Assembly (NCBI GenBank): GCA_024346625.1
Contig: AP024664.1
Location: forward strand, 3,534,001-3,598,000
Direction: 5' to 3'
Source of the DNA: Williopsis jadinii
Lineage: Eukaryota
Length of the DNA: 64,000 bases
A model generated the notes under the pieces. That model searched no databases. It had not been told where the DNA came from and was given only the letters and a program-made list of their open reading frames with translations. Positions 31,639 through 43,753 of this stretch are shown one piece after another. Positions within the stretch are counted from its first letter, which is position 1. Each line of letters opens with the position of its first letter. A program made the position numbers and the translations under genes.

Positions 31639-34155
31639 TCAGCCAGAGCAGCTATCACATACTGAATCGTCGTCGTTGAGAAGGTCCAGTTTGCAGCTGA
31701 GAGGAGTGCCAGTTTCATTGTAGGAAGCCACGTTACTGCCCTCACTTTCCGGTGATGCGGTTAGAGACCTCAATTGGAACCTTTTGACCGGCAGCTGAGG
31801 TCGTGATCTGGAGGGCGAGTATACCCTCTTACTCAACGAGGGTGAGCCCTTGAATTGTCGTTCGTTAGATACCAAGCTCCTGTCAATGGTGAATTTTATC
31901 GCTGACGATGCTGCCATTGTTCTGAGATAGTACATCCCTGTCTTGAGTCCCTTTTTCCATCCGTAGAAGTGCATGGAGGTTAGCTTCCCAACAGTGGGAC
32001 TTCTCATGTAAATGTTCATGGATTGGGATTGGTCGATGAAAGGTGCACGGTCGACCGCGAGGTCGATTACTGTGCGCTGAGGGATCTCCCACACGGTCTT
32101 GTACAGCTCTTTCAAAGTCTGTGGAATGATGTCAATGTTCTGGATGGAACCTTCGTCGTCGACAATTCGATTCTTCATATCCTGGTCCCATAACCCAAGC
32201 TCGATAAGATCATTCACCAAGTATCTGTTAACCACTTGGAACTCGCCGGAGAGTACCCTTCGAGTGTATATATTCGAAGTTATTGGCTCGAAGCACTCAT
32301 TGAACCCCAAGATCTGTGAGGTCGATGCTGTAGGCATTGGTCCCACCAATAAAGAGTTCCTTAGTCCATAGCGTTTTATATCATCTTTCATCAAGTCCCA
32401 ATCGTACATGTTCGAAGGGTTATGATTCCACATATCGAATTGCAAAATCCCCTTTGAAGCTGGTGACCCTTCATAACTCTTATAGGGTCCATACTCTTTA
32501 GCGAGCTCTATTGAGGCTTCCAAGGCAGCGTGATATATAGTTTCAAAGATGTTGATATTCAACTTTTTAGCGTCTTCGGACTCAAAGGGCAAACGTAACT
32601 CCATGAACAGATCTGCTAAACCTTGCACCCCAATTGCCATTGGTCTATTTTTCAAATTGCTGGTCTTTGCCTCCTCCAAGGGGTACATTCCAACATCAAT
32701 GACTTTGTTTAAATTCCTCGTAATCACTTTGACAACCTCGTGGAGCTTGCTATAATTCATCCACACAGATTCATCAACTGTCTCAACAAATGACGGCAAA
32801 GCCACGGAAGCTAGATTACAAACAGCAATTTCTTCTGCAGAACTATACTGAACAATTTCACAGCATAGGTTTGAAGATTTGATTGTTCCCAAGTTTTTTT
32901 GGTTGCTCTTCTTGTTACAAGCGTCCTTATAAAGCATGAATGGCCCACCAGTTTCCACTTGGCTCTCTAAAATGGCGTTCCAGAGCCTCTGTGCTTTGAC
33001 TGTTTTCATAGCAAGGCCTTCCTCGGTGTACTTCTCATACAACCTCTTGAAGTCATCTCCATACGTCTCATTGAGTCCTCTTGCCTGATCAGGAGAGAAG
33101 AGATTCCATTCTTCATTATCTTGCACTTTTTCCATAAACAGATCAGGTATCCACAAGGCATAGAACAGATCTCTTGCTCGTAGTTCCTCCTTCCCATGGT
33201 TCTTCCGAAGATCCAGGAACTCAAAGACATCAGCATGCCATGGTTCCAAGTATATTGCAAAGGCCCCTGGCCTCTTATTCCCACCTTGATCCACATACCT
33301 GGCTGTATTGTTAAACACTCTCAACATTGGAACTATTCCATTGGAAGTGCCATTTGTACCAGCGATATAGGATCCCTGGGCCCTTATATTTGAGGCGTGT
33401 ATCCCCAAGCCACCAGCAGCCTTCGAAATGAGTGCACATTTATGTAAGGATTTGTATATCCCATCTATTGAGTCGTCCATTATCCCCAAGAGGAAGCACG
33501 AGGACAAGAATGGCATGGGTGTTCCTGAGTTGAACAACGTCGGAGACGCGTGTGTAAATAACCTCTGGGACATCATGTCATAGGTCTGGACAGCAGACTC
33601 TATGTCCTTACCATGTATCCCCAAGCTGACACGCATAAACATAAACTGAGGTGTTTCAGCTATCAACGCATCAACCTTCAGGAAATATGACTTTTGCAAA
33701 GTCATGATAGCAAAGTAGTTGTAATCGTCATCCCTGGCCTCAACAATAGCCCTATCTATCACCTCAGCGTGTAGTTTCGAGAGACTATACAGCTCTTCCG
33801 AGATTAATGGCGAGTGCTTCTTCGTCTTGGGGTTTGTATAGTGATACAACCTTTCGCAGTTCTCACTAAACGTCCCCGGTATCTTCGTCCTCGTGTGCTG
33901 GAGCGTAAACCTTGCGGCCAGTACAGAGTGGTTCGGGTGTATCGTGTTCATCGTGGCCAACGTCTCCGACGTGAGCTCCACCAGCTGGTCAGTGGTGATG
34001 CTATCTGGCACAGCAGAGCATACCCGCTGTGCCACGGCCTCCAAGTCAACGGTGGCGTCCAGCCCATGTGTCAAGCCAGCAAGCCTTTCAACGATGTACG
34101 ACGGCGTGAGCGCTGTGCTGGAGCCGTCCAGGTCTTCTACCAGGGAACCTGACAT
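31639..34155 (-). CDS. Ribonucleoside-diphosphate reductase large subunit, divergent paralog (RNR1/RNR3 family) with degenerate ATP-cone
   Basis: [43 protein letters not shown]-terminal CDSCSG. Confidence 0.95.
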   Translation of the reverse strand: MSGSLVEDLDGSSTALTPSYIVERLAGLTHGLDATVDLEAVAQRVCSAVPDSITTDQLVELTSETLATMNTIHPNHSVLAARFTLQHTRTKIPGTFSENCERLYHYTNPKTKKHSPLISEELYSLSKLHAEVIDRAIVEARDDDYNYFAIMTLQKSYFLKVDALIAETPQFMFMRVSLGIHGKDIESAVQTYDMMSQRLFTHASPTLFNSGTPMPFLSSCFLLGIMDDSIDGIYKSLHKCALISKAAGGLGIHASNIRAQGSYIAGTNGTSNGIVPMLRVFNNTARYVDQGGNKRPGAFAIYLEPWHADVFEFLDLRKNHGKEELRARDLFYALWIPDLFMEKVQDNEEWNLFSPDQARGLNETYGDDFKRLYEKYTEEGLAMKTVKAQRLWNAILESQVETGGPFMLYKDACNKKSNQKNLGTIKSSNLCCEIVQYSSAEEIAVCNLASVALPSFVETVDESVWMNYSKLHEVVKVITRNLNKVIDVGMYPLEEAKTSNLKNRPMAIGVQGLADLFMELRLPFESEDAKKLNINIFETIYHAALEASIELAKEYGPYKSYEGSPASKGILQFDMWNHNPSNMYDWDLMKDDIKRYGLRNSLLVGPMPTASTSQILGFNECFEPITSNIYTRRVLSGEFQVVNRYLVNDLIELGLWDQDMKNRIVDDEGSIQNIDIIPQTLKELYKTVWEIPQRTVIDLAVDRAPFIDQSQSMNIYMRSPTVGKLTSMHFYGWKKGLKTGMYYLRTMAASSAIKFTIDRSLVSNERQFKGSPSLSKRVYSPSRSRPQLPVKRFQLRSLTASPESEGSNVASYNETGTPLSCKLDLLNDDDSVCDSCSG

Positions 34156-34859
34156 GTGTAAGTGTTCTGTAAAGCGAAGAGGGTTCTTTCCGTGGGTACT
34201 GCTGCTCAGCGCTGTAGGGCTCTTGTGCCTTCTCTGTCGATGTGATTACGAATTTTGTGTACTCTGTAGGGCGTGGAGATAAAAGAGGCTCCGTTGCGAT
34301 GAGCTTGAGCTCTGAGTGTGTGCTTCGATAATCAGAGCAATCAGCACCGGTAGTGAAGAAGAGCTGCTTATAAACAGCCACAGGCCAACGGATCTGTGGA
34401 TGGTCTGGTGGCTTTGATCTGCCTACAGCATTGCCTACAGCGCTCAAGACCCTTGGACTGATACGTTCGTAGGCGATTCACATCCGCATTCGGTAAATTA
34501 TGTGCGTCTTGTGTGCTGGCGTGCTGTTTCATCGCCTACGAACGTATCACCATGGTTTCAGGTAACGGTGTCTATAGCTACGGTTTCACACGGACACTGT
34601 TGGTGAGAACTATGTAGCAGCTCAGCCAATTGGACAGGGAGGGTGGCGTGGATCTCTCGTCGAAAAGGTGGATTGTGCTTAGGCAGACGTCTGTAGGCAG
34701 GCCGCAGCTGGCGCGTAGGCTGGCACACCACTAGCGGCGGTGATTTTCGCGGGGCCTTGGGATTGTCGCCTGGGGGGCAGCTACGGTGTAGCAGCTAATG
34801 CCAGTGGCGTTGACTAGTGTGTGTAAGTGAAGGAGCTTCTAAGCTCTCAACAAGGAGAG

Positions 34860-35636
34860 ATGCGTGATGTCTACGAAACGCCGGAGAAGTCGATATCTGC
34901 CAGCGGCGAGAGTGTACGGAAGAGGAGGCTGGAAGATGGTGGAGTCGACGCGAGGGAAACGACCGGTATGAGACGCCTAGGCGGGACACAGCACAAGAGA
35001 GTGGACAAGATCCTTCCCTCCCCTATAAACACGCTGATCGAAACCGACGATCCACACTTGTCGTCTCGTCTCGACGTTGAAGATGAAAGCACTCCAAGGT
35101 TGAATATCAAAGAGCTCAAGAGGAAGGAATCACGTCTCGACTCCGACATACGGAGGCTCCAGTCTAGATTGGAAACGCTTAGAAGGGCAAAGGCGATCCT
35201 TCTCAAAGGTGAAACCAGGTCGACTGAGGACCTCATTGTCAAATGGAGAGATATTGCACAGAGGGCCTCGTACCACGTTCTAGAGTCCGCCGTGGAGAAA
35301 GTCAACACGTCTGGAGGTAAGTGTGAGCTCAAGAGGCTTGAAAGAACGAGGTTGAAAGAGAAGAGCATCAATAGCATCGACTTTGAGTACGATGGACGAA
35401 TCGCTGGAGTGACCTCCTGTGGTGAATATCAATCTTTAGGAGAAGACGAGCAGCTAAAGATAATAGAAGGGTTGGAGGCTGAGAGGCAAAAGGACTTGCA
35501 AACGCTAGAAAGACGCTTAGCAAGTTCTGATGCTGAGGACAGTGATGCGGAGGAGTTCACCATGAGAGATCTATACAAACGATTGAAGCTGGATTATAAA
35601 CTGGTTTTCCCTGCCGATCATACAGCTACAGAATAG
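34860..35636 (+). CDS. MEI5: Meiotic recombination mediator Mei5/Sfr1
   Basis: Coiled coil, then LIVKWRDIAQ...KVN.SGG, and C-terminal EEFTMRDLYKRLKLDYKLVF typical of Mei5/Sfr1; linked to RNY1 and TFB2 as in S. cerevisiae; first ATG at 34860. Confidence 0.85.
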   Translation: MRDVYETPEKSISASGESVRKRRLEDGGVDARETTGMRRLGGTQHKRVDKILPSPINTLIETDDPHLSSRLDVEDESTPRLNIKELKRKESRLDSDIRRLQSRLETLRRAKAILLKGETRSTEDLIVKWRDIAQRASYHVLESAVEKVNTSGGKCELKRLERTRLKEKSINSIDFEYDGRIAGVTSCGEYQSLGEDEQLKIIEGLEAERQKDLQTLERRLASSDAEDSDAEEFTMRDLYKRLKLDYKLVFPADHTATE

Positions 35637-35714
35637 ATTATCTATGCAAAATTATATTGATTATAGACAATCCATATATATGAACCCTTCCTAATGCACA
35701 TATAACGAACCGTT

Positions 35715-38700
35715 TTAAAATACATCCTCTAACTTCAATCTTGGGGCAATGTTCATTGATAACAACTCCTGGAATAACAGTTTTGCAGCATATGGAATTG
35801 TCATCTTAACAACATGCTCTGCAGTTTTACAACTGGTACACCATCCGTTATATCCCATCAAACCACACTTGTCGCAGATGTCAACTTCGAACGCATCAGA
35901 GGACAGCATCAATCTCTCCAACAACAGCTGCGAAGCACCATATGCAATAACACAATCTCTCTCCATCTCACCCAGTCTCAAACCACCATCTCTGGATCTA
36001 CCTTCGGTAGGCTGTCTGGTTAACACAGCCCTTGGACCTCTGGCTCTTGCGTGCATCTTGTCCAGCACCATGTGTTTCAGTTTTTGATAATAGATTGGAC
36101 CAAAGAAGATGTAAGCCTGGAGACACTCACCAGTGATACCGGAGTACAGCATATCTTTACCCGAGTAGTTGAAGCCGTTATCCACGAGGATCTTGGACAT
36201 GTCCTCAAGCTTCGAACCTCCAAAACAAGTACCATACTCCAAAGAGCCATTCAAAACACCAGCCTTACCACTAATAAGTTCAATCATCTTACCGACAGTC
36301 ATACGAGATGGGAAACCGTGAGGATTCATAATGATATCTGGTGAAATACCATCATCGTTGAAAGGTAGATCTTCCTGCTGTACAATAATACCACAGACAC
36401 CCTTCTGACCGTGACGAGATGAGAACTTATCACCAAGCTCCGGTCTTCTAGTTTGTCTCAACAGCACTTTAATCAAAGCTTGTTCATTGTCAGAAACAGA
36501 CATCATCACTTGGTCGATGTAACTTGGTTCTGGTGCCTTGTAGAATACTGGAGTCTCTCTATGGGTGCTTTCACTGTGGTTCATCACACTTTCACCTGCG
36601 TTTGTCGGAACAGACTTGTTAATGTAGACTTGACCACTCTCCACTCTGCAACCAACTTCACCAAGACCATCTGGACCTAAGGAGGCATGTTGGAAGATAG
36701 GCTCATTATTCTCATTCACTCTCATACCTCCGACGATATCCTGTGTATGGTTTGGGTATCTCTTGAGGACTGTGGTGTTCTTACGCAAAACTTGGCAACG
36801 TCCAAACCCTCTATCGATGGAAGCCTTGTTCAACACCAGTGCATCTTCAATATCGTAACCTGAGTATGACATAACGGCAACAGTGGCGTTTTGACCAGCA
36901 GGTAATTTGTCGTAGTCAATCAATTCAATTGTCTTTGTCTTGACCATTGGCTGCTGTGGATAAACCATCAGGTATAACAATGTATCTATACGCTTGAATT
37001 GGTTATAAGCAATAGCACCAATGGCTTGCTTACCCATCGCACATTGATATGTGTTACGTGGAGACTGGTTATGATGTGGATATGGAATCAACCCTGCCAC
37101 GGCACCCAAAACAGTAAATGGTTCAATCTCCAGGTGTGTGATTTGTTCAGAGAGGTCTTTTTCATAAAGAGCAATGAAACAATCATTCTCTTCATTGACA
37201 TCAAGGTACTCAACAAGGCCTTGTTTCAGGAAATCGTCAAATTGCATTCTTCCCTGCTTGAGCTTGAGAAGATGGTGAGCTTTGACCTTAGAGGCACCGT
37301 TTTCAACAATGATTAAAGGACGACAAATTCTTCCACCATCAGTCGCTATATGAACAGCATTTTGATGAGAGTTTGTATAAATTGAAATAAATTCAGAGAT
37401 CCTACCAGTACGTCTCAATTTTCTGAACTGGGTGACAAACTTGGATGGGAATCTGGTAGTACCTATTAGCGTACCATTCAAGTAAACACCAAAGTTTGAA
37501 TGCAACGTTGAACTATCAATCGCTGATATGTTCTCCACACCAATCAGGAAACACAGCTTTTTGATGGGTTCTTCTTCATCATCAGTAGTGATGTGTGTCA
37601 TTAGGGCCAAGTTCTTCACCAAACCACATGCTTCACCTTCAGGCGTATCGGATGTACAAAGCATACCAAATTGTGAGGGTTGCAGTGCTCTCGGACCAGA
37701 CACTTTTCTAGACTTCTCGAATTGGGACGAGATTCTTGTCATCATACCCAACGCTGACACATAACTGAGTCTACTGAGCACATGTGTAACACCGGCTCTT
37801 TCCATCTTGAAACGTTTCAGGGACCAATTTCCCGTGGAGATGGCTCTATTCAAACCAGATGTGATATTGTTCGAATGGACATTGATGGACAAAAGCGCAT
37901 TGAACTCCGTGGCTCTGTTTGGCTTCTTCAGGATCTTATCAATGTTAGCCTTAAAGTCAGAGTTGAACTTCTTGAACAAATCCTCAAACAACAACGACAT
38001 CAATTGACCAGCTAATTCCAAACGTTTGTTACCCACGTAATCCCTGTCATCGACCATTTTTGGATTGTCCATGGCCATTATGACTCTTCTGGTCATCATT
38101 GCAATGTACAGAGCCTTCTCTTTGAAATCCAGATCCGTTACAGTAAGGTGCGCAATGATTGTAGTTGCAACAGCCTCGATACCCTCTTGCAATGTTGTCA
38201 ATTTGTGTCTTCTCATGGTCTTCACTTTAGCACCGAGGTACTCCAGAGCCTGTTGCTGGGTGTAAATACCCAACTTAGCGCATTCTTCAAAGTTGATGGC
38301 GAACAAGTCCTGGTAAGTGGCATTGTCACCACATACCAATTGCATGATTTCCAAGTCGGATGTGACACCGGCAGCTTTCAAAATGACGACAATCGGCACT
38401 TCCTCACCGATAGAGTTATGTTTCAGGTAGATCTTGTCGTTTTTGGTGACGACATAGGTCTTGGACTTTCTCTCGTGCGTAGAAGAAGTCACGGAGGCTT
38501 GCACGATTCCCTTCTTTTCATCAGCCTCGACAATGATACGGTTCTTACTCAGCTGTTCTTGAACAAGGATCACCTTTTCTGTACCGTTGACGATGAAATA
38601 ACCACCTGGGTCCAATGGACACTCATCCAGGCTCGCCATTCTCCCCTCCGACGCGCCATTCAAAGTACACTTATTAGATCTCAACATGATTGGCATCTTT

Positions 38701-39167
38701 CCAATCTCCAAGTTCTTGTTGCTGTACACCTTTCTGCCTCTTGTGTATTCCACATCAACGTATATCGGAGCACTATACGTCAAGTCTCTCAGACGGCACT
38801 CATGAGGCGGCAGAATGGGGTCCATTTCCGTGGCTCCATGTTTATAGCCAACCCTAATGTCCAGGTACTTGAGGTAGAAGTCCGGATCCACATCACTCAA
38901 CACCTTTTCATTGGCCTTGATGATCTTCTTCAGGTCAACGTCCACAAAGTAGTTGAAAGAGTCCAGATGCTGCTTGACAAGCCCCTTCACCTTCAGGAAA
39001 GCAGGCAAAAGGTTCCATTTATCCTCGGCGGTATTGATCTCATCGGTCAATGCCTTCCCCTTATACATAGGCTTCAGGAGCTCGTTGAAGCTCTCATCCG
39101 ACGCAGCGCTCTTCACGCTGTGCCTCGACGAGCCCTGGCGCACGGAGTCTCTTCTCTTTGGTGGCAT
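35715..39167 (-). CDS. RET1: RNA polymerase III second-largest subunit (RPC2/C128)
   Basis: [76 protein letters not shown]. Confidence 0.97.
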   Translation of the reverse strand: MPPKRRDSVRQGSSRHSVKSAASDESFNELLKPMYKGKALTDEINTAEDKWNLLPAFLKVKGLVKQHLDSFNYFVDVDLKKIIKANEKVLSDVDPDFYLKYLDIRVGYKHGATEMDPILPPHECRLRDLTYSAPIYVDVEYTRGRKVYSNKNLEIGKMPIMLRSNKCTLNGASEGRMASLDECPLDPGGYFIVNGTEKVILVQEQLSKNRIIVEADEKKGIVQASVTSSTHERKSKTYVVTKNDKIYLKHNSIGEEVPIVVILKAAGVTSDLEIMQLVCGDNATYQDLFAINFEECAKLGIYTQQQALEYLGAKVKTMRRHKLTTLQEGIEAVATTIIAHLTVTDLDFKEKALYIAMMTRRVIMAMDNPKMVDDRDYVGNKRLELAGQLMSLLFEDLFKKFNSDFKANIDKILKKPNRATEFNALLSINVHSNNITSGLNRAISTGNWSLKRFKMERAGVTHVLSRLSYVSALGMMTRISSQFEKSRKVSGPRALQPSQFGMLCTSDTPEGEACGLVKNLALMTHITTDDEEEPIKKLCFLIGVENISAIDSSTLHSNFGVYLNGTLIGTTRFPSKFVTQFRKLRRTGRISEFISIYTNSHQNAVHIATDGGRICRPLIIVENGASKVKAHHLLKLKQGRMQFDDFLKQGLVEYLDVNEENDCFIALYEKDLSEQITHLEIEPFTVLGAVAGLIPYPHHNQSPRNTYQCAMGKQAIGAIAYNQFKRIDTLLYLMVYPQQPMVKTKTIELIDYDKLPAGQNATVAVMSYSGYDIEDALVLNKASIDRGFGRCQVLRKNTTVLKRYPNHTQDIVGGMRVNENNEPIFQHASLGPDGLGEVGCRVESGQVYINKSVPTNAGESVMNHSESTHRETPVFYKAPEPSYIDQVMMSVSDNEQALIKVLLRQTRRPELGDKFSSRHGQKGVCGIIVQQEDLPFNDDGISPDIIMNPHGFPSRMTVGKMIELISGKAGVLNGSLEYGTCFGGSKLEDMSKILVDNGFNYSGKDMLYSGITGECLQAYIFFGPIYYQKLKHMVLDKMHARARGPRAVLTRQPTEGRSRDGGLRLGEMERDCVIAYGASQLLLERLMLSSDAFEVDICDKCGLMGYNGWCTSCKTAEHVVKMTIPYAAKLLFQELLSMNIAPRLKLEDVF

Positions 39168-39328
39168 TGTAACGGGAAACCTCCACTGGCCTTTCTCCCT
39201 GGTTCCGAAACCTTTGCTTCTTGTTCCATGATCAAATCTTCAGAGCCCACCAGAGAAAATTTTCTGGTGCTGATCGGTTTCCGGTACGCGCCGCATCATC
39301 GCCAAAGGGAGCATTCCAGCTTTGACTT

Positions 39329-39375
39329 CATCACCAAGGAAACATCACCAAGGAAACATCACCAAGGAAGCATCA
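39329..39375. repeat. 14-bp tandem repeat, about 3.3 copies (CATCACCAAGGAAA)
   Basis: catcaccaaggaaa-catcaccaaggaaa-catcaccaaggaag-catca in the RET1/TFB2 divergent interval. Confidence 0.9.
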
Positions 39376-39421
39376 AGGGCCCTGTTCTCGAGGCAACTTT
39401 CGCACTAAAGACGTCGCATCG

Positions 39422-40950
39422 ATGGCCTCAAAGCTCAGTGTTAACCAGTATCTGGAAGGTCTGCCCGAGTCTGTTCAGACCAGGCTCTATCACACGGTAT
39501 GTGTTGTGGTTGTTGTTCTTTCCCGGCTATCCTTTCTCTCTACGCTGTGTGTACTAACACGTCGGACAAGCCCGCAACATGTCTGTCCATCTTCAGACTG
39601 CTTCCCAGCCTGGCCAAGTTCTACGTCACATCTATGATATTCAATGAGAAGCGCGTGCTGGTTCAAGACTTTGACAGCTGGATCAATTCGAACGGTAAGA
39701 TGGAGAAAGCTGAAGCCATACGGGCCTTAAAGGCGCTACATCTGATTAAAGAGAACAACTCCATTGCGGTGTTGAACCCTGTTTTCAGAACAAGTTTTAG
39801 ACTGGTGTTGACGGGATCCGAGAGTGAGAACTCGTTTGGGGTTGTGTGTGAGGCTAGCGATACGCATAAAGTTGACGTTGACTTTCTCGACAAGTACGCT
39901 GCGAACAAGTGGGAAACGATTCTCCACTTCATGGTGGGCACCGAGTTGGAGGAGATACCGAACCAGGCAGTGCTGACATTACTAAGGCATAGTGGGCTTA
40001 TGATTGGCAAAACTCCTAATGCCATGAAGATCACCAATGAAGGATTCCAGTTCCTATTGCAAGATGTCAATGCGCAGCTGTGGGCCTTGTTGCTACAATA
40101 CTTGAGAATGGCTGAAACGTTACAAATGGACCCAGTTGACGTGTTGAACTTCATATTCATGCTAGGTTCGCTTGAATTGGGGAAGGACTATTCGCTGTCA
40201 ACCTTGAACGAAACCCAGGTAAATATGGTGAGTGATCTTAGAGACTATGGGTTGATATATCAGAGAAAATCCACCTCAAGAAGGTTTTATCCTACAAGAT
40301 TGGCAACGACGTTGACCTCAGACGCCTCCACACTACGCACAGCATCAGCAGCAATGAATAAAGCCATAGAACGTGCCAAAGATCGCTCCGCATCCAACGT
40401 CTCTTTCGAGAACGCAGGAACCATCATCATCGAAACAAACTTCAAGCTTTACGCATATACAAACTCACCATTGCAGATCGCTATTCTTAACTTATTCGTC
40501 CATTTGAAGCAAAGATTTGCGAATCTCGTCACTGGTCAGATAACGAGGGAATCGATTAGAAACGCCTTGTTGAACGGTATCACCGCTGAACAGATCATCA
40601 CATATTTGGAAACGCATGCTCATCCCCAGATGATCAAATCGGCAGAGGAGCAACTCGGTAAGAGACTGGAGACTGGAGAACAAACTAATACCTCTCTAGA
40701 GATTCTGCAACCAACGATTAAAGATCAAATCAAACTTTGGCAATTAGAACTGGATAGAATTGTTGCCTTTGAAGGTTCATTATTCACAGATTTCTCATCC
40801 CTTGAAGAATACGAAATGCTGAGAAAGTACTCGGAAGAGATTGGTTGTCTTCTTTGGAGTGATAACAACAAGAAGAAGATGTTTGTTACCGAAGAAGGAA
40901 AACTACAGGTCATCTCTTATGCAAAGAGACATTTTACGAAAAGGCCATGA
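39422..40950 (+). CDS. TFB2: TFIIH subunit Tfb2/p52; two exons (39422-39496, 39571-40950), 484 aa
   Basis: Spliced N-terminus MASKLSVNQYLEGLPESVQTRLYHT/PATCLSIFRLLPSLAKF fits Tfb2; KWETILHFMVGT, RFYPTRLA, IIETNFKLYAYT, DQIKLWQLELDR. Confidence 0.93.
39497..39570 (+). other. Spliceosomal intron, 74 nt, phase 0, AAG acceptor
   Basis: GTATGT donor, TACTAAC at 39552-39558, first AG is in AAG at 39568-39570; joins in frame. Confidence 0.85.
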
Positions 40951-42294
40951 AAATGGGTATATCTAAAGCATGGCTGCACGTATAGTGTGTTCGACTTGAT
41001 CACTTGCCGAATCAAGGTTGTGTGTATCGCATATGAGTTGTTCCGTATTTCGTTTGAGCTACTCCGTGTGTCGTTTAACGTACGTTCTCTTCATTAGACC
41101 ATATCAGATCATATATTCTATCCACGGCCAGGGAGGACTGAAACGATTTTCCAACATAAGCTGATACTCTTATACGTAGTTAATGATTGATTGAAGTATA
41201 ATTGTATCCCAGCTATTCGCAGACTACAAACATAATCAACGGTGTTATAATTTGAAGTTATAGGTGTATCAGAAACAAGTTCGTAGTACTGTGGATCAAT
41301 TTGAATTGTGAGGTATGAGTTATTGATTATAATTTCCTTTCAATAAGGATGATTATGTCGTGATAATGTGATATTGAGGTTTTGGTAACGAATACTTCAC
41401 ACTTTTGAGATAATTTACTGAAATATGAATTTATGGTGTATTTGTACGTAATTAAATTTTTATAAATAAAGTAGACTCAGTTATTTTCTTCAAAAAATTG
41501 TAAGATCCATAATTTTAATCATTATATCTTAATCATTAATTTTAATCACTAATAATAAGTTCAATTATTTCAAACAGAGGCATTAAATCGGGGGACTCAG
41601 CTTAAATCATTAAATTTGATCCAGACAAGACTGGTTTCGATCTGCAAGGTTTTGTTGCATTTCGAGCTCATTATGCGAAGCTCAGATGGATCGGACATTT
41701 TCGATGATATCAATGGAGAATAATCAGAGTCAATGGCGCCGAAGAAGACAAGTTCCCTCAGCAAGATTTAACCACAATGGCTCAGATACTCAGCAAAGAG
41801 TCACATGTGATATCTGGTTCATTATCAAATTAACTTCCTATACAAGTGGACAATGAATAATGCTGTTTGTTATACGATATTCTTGCAGTGTATGACTTTT
41901 CAGGTAGTAATCTGTCTTGTCTATTCTGAGAGAAATGGAGAAACGGGGTAATAAAATAGGAACAGAGTCTAGAATCTTAGATACATTGGTTAAAGCTTGT
42001 CGTCCATGTTCAGAAAGCTGTTACACACGTTTGGAATCAAAAATACTTGAAGGGTGGAACGATCAAATGACCCAATCATTGTGTGGGAGTCGCTGATGAA
42101 CATGGCGCAGGAGCAGTGCTCCCTTCTTCTACTCCTATAAATTTGCTTACCTTTAAGTATCATATGATCATCAAGAAATGTTCTACTTATGACATGAACA
42201 TTGTGTTTGGTTGGATTCCATGAGATGAGATCGATGCAGGTAAATTTCCTTGTGCATATCCATTGTGATTATATAAAACTTCAAAAAAAAAAAA

Positions 42295-42367
42295 TGCGAC
42301 TTCTGTGGATTGAACACAGGACCTCATGATCTTCAGTCATGCGCTCTCCCGACTGAGCTAAAACCGC
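42295..42367 (-). tRNA. tRNA-Phe(GAA), intronless
   Basis: Reverse complement GCGGTTTTAGCTCAGTCGGGAGAGCGCATGACTGAAGATCATGAGGTCCTGTGTTCAATCCACAGAAGTCGCA; 73 nt; T12 terminator. Confidence 0.96.
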
Positions 42368-42889
42368 ATTAGTTGATCGCCTGAAACGCAGAAATTTAAC
42401 AGCCGTCAAAAGTACTAAGCTATATTATGCCTTTGATACAACAGACAAGTTAGGTGTCAGAGATTATTCATTCCATTGTTGAGTCATCACAGAAGCCTCT
42501 TGGTATCACTTTAGACATGCAACACTCAAGTATTGTAATCTTTTGGTGTACGTATTTCATTGGTGCAATATAAGCATTAGAAACAGCTCTCTTTGTGAAG
42601 TATCCCACCAAGTCCTCGGCTACAATCTGCCGAGTTGGTACATGATATCAAGAGTATAACGAGCTGTAGTTATGGTAAACAGTGGAAATAAACAGCGTAT
42701 AGAGAGATTTTGTCTTTAGTTCCTAACTGGAGGAGGGTTCATAGAGGTACTTCTATTATCAGAGAGTTGTCATAACATGCGACGTATAGACCTTCATGAC
42801 AAATCATCTACATGTAAGAGTATTGCGCATCCAACAGTGTGATAATCGATGCTATATACGTAAAAGAATAAGTTTAAAAGTCAAGCAGT

Positions 42890-43753
42890 TTATGGGGTAA
42901 CAGTAGGATCCCAAGTAAGAACTTCGTATGATTCTGGCTTCTCGAGCAGCTTGTTATCTTCATCATCCAAGGTGACTCTGTCCAAGACGGTATAGTTGGT
43001 TTTGATTCTCTCGGTATGAACAGTCTTTGCCAATGGAACGAATCCTTGCTCATAACTCCACGCCAACAAAACATCAGCCGTGCTGATACCATGCTTCTCT
43101 GCAATTTCCACAAGCTCGGGAGCATCCAGCTTCTTACCTTGTGTCAGAGGGGAGTATGCCTCTAGCAAAAAGCCATACTTCTTTCCAGCCTCTTGGAGGT
43201 CTTTACGTGGCAACCAAGGATGCAATTCCAATTGGTTAACGACCGGCTTGATTTTAAACTTGTCCCAGGCGAAAAGTTCCTCAACATGACGAACACCATA
43301 ATTGGAGATACCAATAGATTTGGTGTAGCCCTTTTCAACAGCATCTTGAAGTGCTTCATACACTGCAAGTCTTGTACTCTTATCTGGAAGTGGTGCATGA
43401 ACCAAGAAGAGATCGATGTACCCAATGGAATCCTTGATCTTGTTGTAGGAATCTTCAATATCGGAAACGAATTCGTCATAGGTACGGGGATCACGACTGA
43501 AAACCTTTGTTGTGAAGAAGATGTCCTCCCTCTTAACATCTGGATAATCTTTCAAAAAGTTAGCAATACCTTGAGCCGCCTCGGCTTCGTTGTTGTAGGC
43601 TCTTGCACTGTCAATGTGTCTGTAGCCAACTTGCAATGCCTCATATGTAAGCTTTCTTGTTTGTTCTGGTGGTGTTTGGTAAAGACCAAACCCACTAACT
43701 GGAATTGTTTTACCGTTGTTCAATGGGAGACGTGTATCCTTAGTAAGAGCCAT
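42890..43753 (-). CDS. Aldo-keto reductase (YJR096W-like)
   Basis: GYRHIDSARAYNNE, IFFTTK, YIDLFLVHAP, KSIGISNYG, PVVNQLELHPW, EAYSPL. Confidence 0.92.
   Translation of the reverse strand: MALTKDTRLPLNNGKTIPVSGFGLYQTPPEQTRKLTYEALQVGYRHIDSARAYNNEAEAAQGIANFLKDYPDVKREDIFFTTKVFSRDPRTYDEFVSDIEDSYNKIKDSIGYIDLFLVHAPLPDKSTRLAVYEALQDAVEKGYTKSIGISNYGVRHVEELFAWDKFKIKPVVNQLELHPWLPRKDLQEAGKKYGFLLEAYSPLTQGKKLDAPELVEIAEKHGISTADVLLAWSYEQGFVPLAKTVHTERIKTNYTVLDRVTLDDEDNKLLEKPESYEVLTWDPTVTP

Noticed and set aside
34731..34742. URS1-like CTAGCGGCGGTG upstream of MEI5
   Set aside because: Does not match the TAGCCGCC core and lies in GC-rich sequence.
39329..39375. Direct repeats as a CRISPR-like array
   Set aside because: Head-to-tail 14-bp minisatellite with no spacers, in a eukaryotic genome.
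38148..39557. 469 aa plus-strand ORF
   Set aside because: Antisense shadow of highly conserved RET1 that runs through the promoter into the TFB2 intron; non-ATG start and no recognisable domain.
41800..41811. GTCACATGTGAT, CDEI-like on both strands, near the AT island
   Set aside because: No adjacent CDEII or CDEIII; at most a bHLH site.
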